Assembly (NCBI GenBank): GCA_018658715.1
Contig: JABHUQ010000034.1
Span: forward strand, 22,230-86,229
From: Fidelibacterota bacterium
GTDB taxonomy: Bacteria > Fidelibacterota > Marinisomatia > Marinisomatales > UBA1611
Reading direction: 5' to 3'
Length of the DNA stretch: 64,000 nt
How positions within the stretch are numbered: the stretch's first letter is position 1; each line of letters opens with the position of its first letter. This document shows positions 25,901 through 33,208 of this stretch, piece after piece. A program made the position numbers and the translations under genes. Below the pieces are notes generated by a model. The model saw nothing but the letters and a program-made list of their open reading frames with translations, searched no databases and was not told the origin of the DNA.

Positions 25901-27015
25901 ATGCATCGCAAAAAAATGGTCTACAATTTTCACCTAAAATTGGTTTCTCCTATAGACCAAAAGAGAATCAAAATTTTCGATTAACTTGGGCTACTGCTTT
26001 TAATACACCCACAAACCAAGCTTTATTTTTGGACATATTTGTAACGCGTGTATCCATTTTTAAAGTGTATGCGCGGGGTGCAGATGGAGGCTATAATTTC
26101 CCCAGAAATGAATTGGGAAACCCTTATTATTATGATATAGAAGAATTTGAATATATGCCAGTGGACACTTCAGAAAGTATGTTCTTCTATCCATCTGTTG
26201 ATCCTCGAATTGAAGGATTCTATGGACAAACAGTTATTGACCTTCCTGAAATTGAAGCAGAAATTGTTAATTCATGGGAAGTGGGATATAAGGGTCGATT
26301 GAATAACAGACTTTTTGGGACACTAGATTTATATACAAGCCATTATAGCAGTTTTGTTAGCCCTGTAACTTTTATTACTCCTATTGTTCTAGAAAGATCT
26401 ATTCTTGAAACGGATTATAATAATGATGGTGTAATGAATACGATTGAAGATTTCAATAATGATATTATTTTAGATCAAGATGATTATGATAAATCTTTTG
26501 ATCATTGGAGAGATGGCATTCAAGGTGTAACGGCAATGGATACAATTGCCGGATTAGCACCTCCTGTTGTGGTTGGCTATATCAACTATGGGGAAGTCGA
26601 TATGTGGGGAATGGATGCAAGTTTAACTTGGTTTATTAACCGTGAATGGAATTTAGATGTTACATACTCACATCTCAGCATGACTGAATTCTTTAATCCA
26701 ATAACTAAAGCAAAAGATCCCATTAATGCGCCAAAACATAAAGGAAGTTTAAAATTACAATATGCACCTCGTAGATGGCCTGTTTCTACATCTTTAAATG
26801 CACGATATGTGGATGGATATAATTGGTCATCTGGAATCTATTTTGGGAAAATTGATCCATATACCATTTTGGATCTTCACGTTGGATATACATTCAACGA
26901 TAATCTTTCTGGTAATTTGACAGTCAATAATTTATTAGATAATCGTCATACAGAAATTATTGGCGGTCCATCATTAGGGCGTGTAGTTGTATTTAGATTA
27001 TCGACAAAATTATAA
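22933..27015 (+). CDS. Very large TonB-dependent receptor (CarboxypepD_reg-like domain, plug, barrel) with two long acidic Ca-binding-type repeat inserts
   Basis: Signal peptide MKKIILLFLLFNFVFSQ. GYVKDETNGDPLLGANVVLSG. TonB box and plug ETYVVTASRRRERVEDAPAAISVI...LTDGRMANVP...VEVVLGPSSALYGPNAHSGVLNIV. Barrel-like C-terminal part. Inserts are listed as separate features. The track start at 22888 lies inside the upstream terminator hairpin, so ATG 22933 is preferred. Confidence 0.85.
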   Translation: MKKIILLFLLFNFVFSQNSSLSGYVKDETNGDPLLGANVVLSGTTMGAATGMDGSYNITNIKAGDYKILVTYIGFETLEFNLTIPYNESIQQDFNLSPEAIQMETYVVTASRRRERVEDAPAAISVITKKDIRRESNTNLGDYLKGTKGIDFTQSGIDSYNMTARGFNSSFSSRLLTLTDGRMANVPSLRLTAYNVIPVSFEDVEQIEVVLGPSSALYGPNAHSGVLNIVTSSPLRTQGTSINIQGGFLNQADTDLLQKLTFRTAHKYKDFGFKISGVALRGQDWTHYNADELEGHDPAFIGRPNLKHNFIDNGGNPGEGNSPLFTEDMLGYFDDANESWIGKTFGDNIASFSSETGSPIITEDMVAEAQSDPFNRYFLDNGIILWYVTEDKIGSQYADGIDNNGDGAIDEGIDLGIDDDSEIWYDNVDNDGDGLVDEADEIGSAWLDRFGSTFEGDLNYTVGVGVDSTHKFGFGDYEYDDDGNIIFDTNGNGEFNDSWGSDGLDNDGDWDLYVDTDGMTYGVEEETFSDLNENGTLDGKELFIDGNGNGTWEDGEVLIDWGLDGVDGTGDFGEGNGTWDGETFTDLNGNGTWDQFENNDLDGDGKPSMGEVGVDEFDEKDFVMNYGDLPRIYKDANDDGLNDYPDFNVRNYRYDLRFDWEPNPDFTLSLSHGYAWARNINITGIARYLADGWVYRYYQGKIRWKNFFLQTYLNSSYSGESDHPTRNLATGSLIYDRSKKFSAQFQHAMELLKGDLRFVWGVDYFLTMPNTRGTILSDKELVDRKDNNGTGEAGSPYTFADRNDNTFYDDGEFYSTWATDTPGAFGGTPSDTLSVNNDGSVTYSDNVFHALADGFDNDGDSDDFEDLNGNGLPDFDDADGDGLYSYGETVEPGVKWIGENIFFVYSDGIDNDGDGKIDENIDEGIDEASEDNRYTVNELGAYYQVNWKLNDKLEIIQATRLDIHDRLTNLIEFNNQGYGMGYNPLDWEFDASQKNGLQFSPKIGFSYRPKENQNFRLTWATAFNTPTNQALFLDIFVTRVSIFKVYARGADGGYNFPRNELGNPYYYDIEEFEYMPVDTSESMFFYPSVDPRIEGFYGQTVIDLPEIEAEIVNSWEVGYKGRLNNRLFGTLDLYTSHYSSFVSPVTFITPIVLERSILETDYNNDGVMNTIEDFNNDIILDQDDYDKSFDHWRDGIQGVTAMDTIAGLAPPVVVGYINYGEVDMWGMDASLTWFINREWNLDVTYSHLSMTEFFNPITKAKDPINAPKHKGSLKLQYAPRRWPVSTSLNARYVDGYNWSSGIYFGKIDPYTILDLHVGYTFNDNLSGNLTVNNLLDNRHTEIIGGPSLGRVVVFRLSTKL
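23790..24880 (+). repeat. Intragenic repeat region 1 of the receptor: reiterated DxDxDG / DxNxNGxxD acidic loops
   Basis: DGIDNNGDGAIDEGID, DNVDNDGDGLVDEADE, DGLDNDGDWD, DLNENGTLDGKE, DGNGNGTWEDGE, EGNGTWDGE, DLNGNGTWDQ, DLDGDGKPS. Near-identical nucleotide units (aatggaaatggaacatggga) recur around 24570-24710. Confidence 0.7.
25264..25725 (+). repeat. Intragenic repeat region 2 of the receptor: acidic Ca-binding-type loops
   Basis: DRKDNNGTGE, DGFDNDGDSDDFEDLNGNGLPDFDDADGDGLY, DGIDNDGDGKIDENIDEGIDE. Confidence 0.65.
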
Positions 27016-27212
27016 TTAATCTTATAATCCCCCTTCCACATAAAAAAATAAGCAGGATATTTTAAAACCTGGGAGCGGGGGAACAACCAGATTTCTTTTT
27101 CATTATCCTGCTTAAAATCTTGTCGAAAAAATTAGGCTAAATCGATTCCTTCAGCAAGTGTTTTCTTTTTGTCTCTATTCAATTAAATGAATCTCTGTTA
27201 ATTTCTATTGTA

Positions 27213-27809
27213 ATGATTGAATATTTAATTTCGCTTGACGTATCACTTTTTCAATTTATGAATTCAGGATTATCAAATACTTTATTTGATATCTTGATGC
27301 CAAAAATAACACACCAAAATAATTGGATAATTCCACTTTGTATACTTTTCTATATACTGCTATTTAAGACAGGGAAAAGAGGGAAAATTGCATTTATAAT
27401 ATTATTAATTGGATTTGGAATTACTGATTATTTTTCAGCTCAATATATTAAACCTTTCATTGGCCGTATTAGACCATCACACTCAATGCTGGATTCTATT
27501 CATCTTTTAGTTAATAAGGGGGGGAAATGGAGTTTCCCATCAAATCACGCAGCAAATAGTTTTGTTCTCGCTACCATTCTAAGTTATTTTTTTTCACAAT
27601 GGAAGTACCCGCTCTTTATATTAGCATCTCTCATTGGATTTTCAAGAATTTATGTGGGTGTTCATTACCCTGGGGATGTTGTCTTTGGAGCTTTACTTGG
27701 TTATTGTATTGCTTGGATATTATTAAGTATTTGGGTTATCCTAAAAATGAGAGAATTAAAACGCGGACGTACCTGGGTGTGGTATACCAGCGATACTATA
27801 AATAAGTAA
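27213..27809 (+). CDS. PAP2-family membrane phosphatase (lipid phosphate / undecaprenyl-diphosphate phosphatase type)
   Basis: The three PAP2 motifs are present: KPFIGRIRP, PSNHA, SRIYVGVHYPGD. Multi-TM. Confidence 0.85.
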   Translation: MIEYLISLDVSLFQFMNSGLSNTLFDILMPKITHQNNWIIPLCILFYILLFKTGKRGKIAFIILLIGFGITDYFSAQYIKPFIGRIRPSHSMLDSIHLLVNKGGKWSFPSNHAANSFVLATILSYFFSQWKYPLFILASLIGFSRIYVGVHYPGDVVFGALLGYCIAWILLSIWVILKMRELKRGRTWVWYTSDTINK

Positions 27810-27813
27810 ATAA

Positions 27814-28140
27814 TTAATTTGGAAGTTTGTCAGATGGCGGCTTTACACCAAAAGCAGAAAAACCATCTTCTCGGTTTGGCATTTTAATTTCACCATTTTT
27901 TGCTTCAAATTTTCTAATGTTGTCTTGAAGTGCATTCGAAAAAGCTTTTACATGCTGAGGTGCCATAATAATTCTTGAATGAACTTTTGCTTTTGGGACG
28001 CCTGGTAGAATACGAGTAAAATCCATTACAAATTCCGCTGGAGAATGAGTAACCACAACAAAATTTGCATATTCTCCATTACTAACTTCTGCATCTAATT
28101 CAATATTTATTTGTTGGACATTTTTTTTATTGTCAGCCAT
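27814..28140 (-). CDS. DUF3467-like small protein
   Basis: YANFVVVTHSPAEFVMDF resembles the DUF3467 core as I recall it. 108 aa. Confidence 0.55.
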   Translation of the reverse strand: MADNKKNVQQINIELDAEVSNGEYANFVVVTHSPAEFVMDFTRILPGVPKAKVHSRIIMAPQHVKAFSNALQDNIRKFEAKNGEIKMPNREDGFSAFGVKPPSDKLPN

Positions 28141-28157
28141 AATAAAATCCTATTTGG

Positions 28158-28547
28158 TTATTTTTTATTAAAATCGCGCTCATTGAAGTCTTCCCAATCT
28201 TCTTCAATTCCCTCAAATTCGGTGTAGTCTGTGGTATCTTCTTCTTTTTTATTATTATGAATTACTTCATTTTCGTAAATATTAAACAAATCTTTTTTCT
28301 TTTCATACTGAGATGGATCGCCTTCTTCTTGTTCTGTTTGGTCTAAGTCTTCTACATCTTCGCTATAGATTTCCGCATCGAAAAAGTCGAGATTTTCGAC
28401 AATACCATTTGTCATAAGGTGTTCTAGAAAATCAAGATATTCCCTATCTCTCAAGTCTGTTTTGCAGTTAATGCAAACAAGAGAATCTTTTAAATCAACG
28501 TCTTGTAATGTTGATTCGCATTTGGGGCAAATAATTCCTTCAAGCAT
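28158..28547 (-). CDS. Zinc-ribbon protein with a highly acidic C-terminal tail (unknown function)
   Basis: CPKC-x15-CINC at the N-terminus, then an E/D-rich tail (EDVEDLDQTEQEEGD, EGIEEDWEDFNERD). Confidence 0.55.
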   Translation of the reverse strand: MLEGIICPKCESTLQDVDLKDSLVCINCKTDLRDREYLDFLEHLMTNGIVENLDFFDAEIYSEDVEDLDQTEQEEGDPSQYEKKKDLFNIYENEVIHNNKKEEDTTDYTEFEGIEEDWEDFNERDFNKK

Positions 28548-28609
28548 TTGTAATCTCCATAAAAATCGGGGGTCAATATATACAGCAGACGAGAGTTCGT
28601 CAACTGGTT

Positions 28610-29773
28610 TTATTGCTTATTATAAATACGCTCTAATACATCCATTTCTACGGGGGTTAAAAATTGATTTCGTCTTGATTTAACAATTGATGTCGATTCT
28701 ATAAAAGAATCCCAATTCATTTTCCGTTTTTTCCCGTTTAAATAAAAAGTAAATGGCTTAATGTTTTTCATTGGGAAAGAGTGAGCCAATATATTACAAC
28801 CTGTCCCAATAACTGTTCCAGTATTAAGCTGAGTGCCAATAGCTGTTTTTGTATGATCCCCTATTAAAGAGCCTAAAAACAAACCACCAGAATCTCTTTT
28901 AGCTCCATTAACATCTATAACAACATTTGAATAATCATTTTTTAAATTACTATTAGTTGTACCTGCTCCAAGATTGACCCATTCACCAATAAATGAATCA
29001 CCAAGGTGTCCATCATGAACCTTATTCGAATAAGATTGAAATATACAACTATGAATTTCTCCCCCTAGTTTACATTGTGGACCAAATATAGATTCTTTAA
29101 TGTGGCTGTGAGGTTTTACAATTGTTCCTTTCCCTAAATATAGTGGTCCCTCAAGTAATGTAAATGGATGAATTTCTACATTTTCATCTATAATGATTGG
29201 ACCCAGTTTTGAGTTTAATATAACTTGATCATGGATAATGCTTGTGGGATGAATGTATGTATCATCATTCTCTGTTGAACCAATAGAAATAGTGTCAATT
29301 GCTGAAGATATGGATTTTGGAATATGTCTTATGATATCCCATAGGAATCGTACCGAATAAACATTGATATTTTTTTCATTCAATCCTTGAATATCATTAT
29401 TAAGTGGACCACCCTTTTCAATCCATTCTTTTGCCTGGAAGCCAGTAATATTTGCACCGACCGTTCGCCCTTTTGATTTAAATACTGTATTAGGCGAATC
29501 ATGAATTAGCTGAATCGTTTCGGACGTCCAATAAGTACAACCGAGTAGCCAAATACCATCTCCAAAAGAAGATGGATTTACACTCATCGTTGGATAATTA
29601 TTTTGTACTATTAATTCAATATCTTTTCTAACGATACCAGAGACAGGACCATCTATAAGTTGAATTAATTGTTCATAAAATGTTTCTGGTCCAGACCGAA
29701 TCCCAAATGAAGGTCGAGTGAATACAATTGGTTCTAAGTCTAATGTAAATTGATCTTCAAAAATATATATCAT
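28610..29773 (-). CDS. Left-handed beta-helix (hexapeptide repeat) protein with a nucleotidyltransferase-like N-terminal region; putative sugar nucleotidyltransferase/acyltransferase
   Basis: The C-terminal half shows hexapeptide-type periodicity (IGEWVNLGAGTTNSNL, IGDHTKTAIGTQLNTGTVIGTGCNI). The N-terminus IFEDQ...LEPIVFTRP resembles the alternative GlmU-like family of FCB bacteria (from memory). Confidence 0.6.
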   Translation of the reverse strand: MIYIFEDQFTLDLEPIVFTRPSFGIRSGPETFYEQLIQLIDGPVSGIVRKDIELIVQNNYPTMSVNPSSFGDGIWLLGCTYWTSETIQLIHDSPNTVFKSKGRTVGANITGFQAKEWIEKGGPLNNDIQGLNEKNINVYSVRFLWDIIRHIPKSISSAIDTISIGSTENDDTYIHPTSIIHDQVILNSKLGPIIIDENVEIHPFTLLEGPLYLGKGTIVKPHSHIKESIFGPQCKLGGEIHSCIFQSYSNKVHDGHLGDSFIGEWVNLGAGTTNSNLKNDYSNVVIDVNGAKRDSGGLFLGSLIGDHTKTAIGTQLNTGTVIGTGCNILAHSFPMKNIKPFTFYLNGKKRKMNWDSFIESTSIVKSRRNQFLTPVEMDVLERIYNKQ

Positions 29774-30360
29774 ATTAATCCTAATATTTTATTCAAATTA
29801 TCAAAACTTTTTTCTAAAAATGCTCCTTTTTGATGATCAATAATAATATTATAATAATCATCTGATCCATAAGTATTAAAACCAATTTTTAACGGAGACT
29901 TAATTGAACAACTTAGTTCATGGTATAAGAAATAGTCCTTTAGATTTAAATCTATAAGGGCATCAATACTAATTTTTTCTATTCTATTCCGAAATGAATT
30001 ATCCGAAATAATGCCCCACCAGTTTATTTCCTTATCAGAAAAAGTGATTATATTCCCTTGTAATTCATTTGGAAAAACATGCTTTACTTTCTCATGACAA
30101 ATAAAATGAACAGCTACATTACCTGTTAATGATTTAATAAAATGGCTCATAATGCGCGCATCTTCTATATTATCAGGAAGAAAAATAAGTAATGCATTTA
30201 ATCTTTCACCATCTTGGGAAAGAGAAAGCGTTGGGATTGGCTCTATTTTTCTCTTTTGAAACTTCCGCCACATTAACAGAGCTTTTGTTCTCGTAGGAAT
30301 TTTCATATCTGAATATAACTGAACCTGTGTAGCTTTAGCCAATATTCTCACTTGTTTCAT
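29770..30360 (-). CDS. Hypothetical protein translationally coupled (ATGA) to the beta-helix gene
   Basis: 196-aa ORF. The stop/start overlap at 29770-29773 reads ATGA on the minus strand. I recognise no motif. Confidence 0.5.
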   Translation of the reverse strand: MKQVRILAKATQVQLYSDMKIPTRTKALLMWRKFQKRKIEPIPTLSLSQDGERLNALLIFLPDNIEDARIMSHFIKSLTGNVAVHFICHEKVKHVFPNELQGNIITFSDKEINWWGIISDNSFRNRIEKISIDALIDLNLKDYFLYHELSCSIKSPLKIGFNTYGSDDYYNIIIDHQKGAFLEKSFDNLNKILGLI

Positions 30361-30381
30361 TTAAATTAAAGAAAGAAAATA

Positions 30382-31107
30382 ATGACTGTAGGAAAAAAAT
30401 TACTTTGGGGTGGTCTTGGATGGGCCTTAGCAGGACCCATCGGCGGTATAATTGGATATGCCATTGCGGGTATGTCTGATAACCAATCATCATACTCCTA
30501 TACACAAACCGGAAAACCGCACACACAACCTGGCGACTTTATTGTATCTATTTTAGTTCTGTTAGCCAAAGTCATGAAGGCGGATGGAAAACTTTTAAAA
30601 TCCGAATTAGATTTTGTGAAAAAATTTCTGTCAGGGCAATTTCCAAATCATCAAGTCCAACAATTCATGGATCTTTTCAAGGATATTTTAGATAAAAATT
30701 ATCCTCTCAAAGATGTATGTCGGCAAATCCAAAGGCAAATGGATCATCCAAGTCGGTTGGAATTAGTCCACGTATTATTTGGTCTATCTGCTGCAGACGG
30801 CCATGTCGATGAAACTGAAATACGCGTAATTCATACCATTGCAGGCTATTTGAATATTAATCCAAATGATTTTGAATCTATTAAAGCTATGTTTGTCCCA
30901 AATACGACTGCATCCTATACTATTTTAGAAATAGCCCCAAGTGCTTCTAATGATGAAATAAAAAAAGCTTATCGAAAAATGGCTAATAAATATCATCCGG
31001 ATAAAGTCACTCACCTCGGAGATGATTTTCAAAAATTAGCTGAAGAAAAATTCAAAGCAGTTAATGACGCATATCATTCGATTAAAAAAGAACGGGGAAT
31101 TAAATAG
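30382..31107 (+). CDS. DjlA-like co-chaperone: Gly-rich TM segment, TerB-like domain and C-terminal J domain
   Basis: N-terminal [21 protein letters not shown]. Middle [15 protein letters not shown] / [10 protein letters not shown] (TerB-like). C-terminal J domain [30 protein letters not shown]. Confidence 0.8.
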   Translation: MTVGKKLLWGGLGWALAGPIGGIIGYAIAGMSDNQSSYSYTQTGKPHTQPGDFIVSILVLLAKVMKADGKLLKSELDFVKKFLSGQFPNHQVQQFMDLFKDILDKNYPLKDVCRQIQRQMDHPSRLELVHVLFGLSAADGHVDETEIRVIHTIAGYLNINPNDFESIKAMFVPNTTASYTILEIAPSASNDEIKKAYRKMANKYHPDKVTHLGDDFQKLAEEKFKAVNDAYHSIKKERGIK

Positions 31108-31116
31108 GATTTATTT

Positions 31117-32604
31117 ATGATGAAAAATAAACCGGGGCACTTTCCATTTACGCGTGGTATATATAAAAATATGTACAAAGATAGATTGTGGACCATGCGT
31201 CAATATGCTGGTTTTACCACTGCTGAAGAGTCAAATAAACGATATCAATATTTGTTAGACAATGGTGTATCTGGACTTTCGGTTGCCTTTGATCTTCCTA
31301 CACAAATAGGATATGATTCTGACCACCCAATGGCTGATGGAGAAGTTGGAAAAGTTGGCGTCCCTATTTCTTCCATTGATAATATGAATACATTATTTAA
31401 TAATATAGCTTTGGATCAAGTATCTACATCCATGACTATAAATGCGACGGCCGCAACCATGTTAGCTCTTTATATAGCAGTTGCAGAGAATAAAGGTATT
31501 TCTTCTCATAAATTACGTGGAACAATTCAAAATGATATACTAAAGGAATATGTAGCACGGGGAACCTATATCTATTCCCCTGATTTTTCGATGCGTCTGA
31601 TTACAGATGTATTTGAATTTTGTGATACACATATTCCCAAGTGGAATACCATTTCTATTTCTGGCTATCATATTCGTGAAGCAGGTTCAACTGCATCTCA
31701 AGAATTAGCATTTACATTTGCTAATGCTATTGCTTATGTAGAAGCTGCTATGTCAAAAGGACTCGACCCCAACCAATTTGGGCAACGATTATCTTTCTTT
31801 TTCAATGCGCATAATGATTTTATTACAGAAGTATCCAAATTTCGTGCAGCTCGATTTATGTGGGCTACAATTATGAAAGAGAGATTTGGAGTCACAAATG
31901 AAAAAGCACTGGTATGTCGTTTCCATGTACAAACAGGTGGATCTACATTGACTGCATCTCAAATCGACAATAATGTAGTCCGGACAACTATTCAAGCTAT
32001 GTCAGCTGTTATAGGTGGCACACAATCTTTACATACAAATAGTAAGGATGAAGCACTTGCACTCCCAACGGATGATTCTGTTCGGTTAGCTTTAAGGACA
32101 CAACAAATTATAGCACATGAATCAGGGATTTCCAATCACCCCGATCCTTTTGGTGGAAGTTATGTAGTTGAAGCATTAACTGAAGAATTGGCGAATGATG
32201 CATTCAAGCTCATAGAGAAAATTGATAATTTGGGTGGAACTATTTCTGCTATAGAGCAAGGATGGATTCAAAATGAGATTTCCAACAGTGCATATTCTTA
32301 TCAAAAAGATGTGGACTCCGGAGAACGAATCATTGTGGGTGTTAACAAATTAAAAACAGAAGAATCTTCCGATCCAGAAATATTAAAAATCGATCCAAAA
32401 GAAACGCAAAAACAAGTCGATGGATTGAAAACATTTAAAGCATCTAGAAATAATGATTTAATTGAATCAAAATTATCCATTTTGAAAAATAGTGCATCTG
32501 GGAAAGATAATGTGATGCCATTACTTATTGATTGTGTAAAAAATGGTTGCACTCTAGGTGAAGTGGCGGATATTTTGCGGTTGGTCGCCGGTGAATATAA
32601 GTAA
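31117..32604 (+). CDS. Methylmalonyl-CoA mutase-type acyl-CoA mutase, catalytic (substrate-binding TIM barrel) chain, without a B12-binding domain
   Basis: FTRGIY, WTMRQYAGF, GLSVAFDLPTQIGYDSDHP, SISGYHIREAGS. The Y in RQYAGF and the R in YHIREAG favour MCM over ICM specificity (by-eye alignment). Confidence 0.88.
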   Translation: MMKNKPGHFPFTRGIYKNMYKDRLWTMRQYAGFTTAEESNKRYQYLLDNGVSGLSVAFDLPTQIGYDSDHPMADGEVGKVGVPISSIDNMNTLFNNIALDQVSTSMTINATAATMLALYIAVAENKGISSHKLRGTIQNDILKEYVARGTYIYSPDFSMRLITDVFEFCDTHIPKWNTISISGYHIREAGSTASQELAFTFANAIAYVEAAMSKGLDPNQFGQRLSFFFNAHNDFITEVSKFRAARFMWATIMKERFGVTNEKALVCRFHVQTGGSTLTASQIDNNVVRTTIQAMSAVIGGTQSLHTNSKDEALALPTDDSVRLALRTQQIIAHESGISNHPDPFGGSYVVEALTEELANDAFKLIEKIDNLGGTISAIEQGWIQNEISNSAYSYQKDVDSGERIIVGVNKLKTEESSDPEILKIDPKETQKQVDGLKTFKASRNNDLIESKLSILKNSASGKDNVMPLLIDCVKNGCTLGEVADILRLVAGEYK

Positions 32605-33202
32605 CGACTATTCTCCTAAATTGATTCTTTTAGCAAAAGGATTCTCACTCCTTTTACACCCTATGCTATTGTCGTTTTTTGTTTATATATATTTTATTTT
32701 TTATTACCTAAGTATCAAGTCAAACCCGTGGATATTAACAGGAATTTCATTCGTTTTTTTAAACTTACTTCCAATAGTAACCTTCATTTATTTAAAATAT
32801 TTAGGTAAAATCAGCGATCTTGATGCATCAAATAGAGAGCAAAGAATATACCCATTAATACTCGGTGTTGTTTATGCGGCTATTGGATTTGGTAGTCTAT
32901 ATATAGTGAAAGCACCACCTTTGATCCAAGGGTTCATGTTTTGTTTCATGACCAACACTATATTCACTTTGGGTGTAACCTATTATTGGAAAATATCCAT
33001 TCATGCGATTGGCGTAACTGGCCCTATGGCTGCCCTTTGGATATCAGGGATTCATACACCCATTATAATGGCATTATTTGTTGTTATTATTTCTATGTCT
33101 CGCATCATATTGAAAGCACATACCATTGCTCAAGTTACAATTGGTTCTATTGCTGGGTTTATTCTTACTTATATTCAATTACATTATATTTTTTTCATCT
33201 AA
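32591..33202 (+). CDS. Multi-TM membrane protein, possibly a distant PAP2-superfamily member
   Basis: Hydrophobic throughout. The ISIHAIGVTGP and MSRIILKAHTIAQVTIGS motifs resemble the last PAP2 motifs. The start is uncertain: the ORF opens at 32558, with candidate starts GTG 32591 and ATG 32663. Confidence 0.5.
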   Translation: MNISNDYSPKLILLAKGFSLLLHPMLLSFFVYIYFIFYYLSIKSNPWILTGISFVFLNLLPIVTFIYLKYLGKISDLDASNREQRIYPLILGVVYAAIGFGSLYIVKAPPLIQGFMFCFMTNTIFTLGVTYYWKISIHAIGVTGPMAALWISGIHTPIIMALFVVIISMSRIILKAHTIAQVTIGSIAGFILTYIQLHYIFFI

Positions 33203-33208
33203 ATATTT

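Noticed and set aside
27599-27805. 68-aa plus-strand ORF in an alternative frame inside the PAP2 gene
   Set aside because: It overlaps the frame that encodes the SRIYVGVHYPGD PAP2 motif. There is no independent support.
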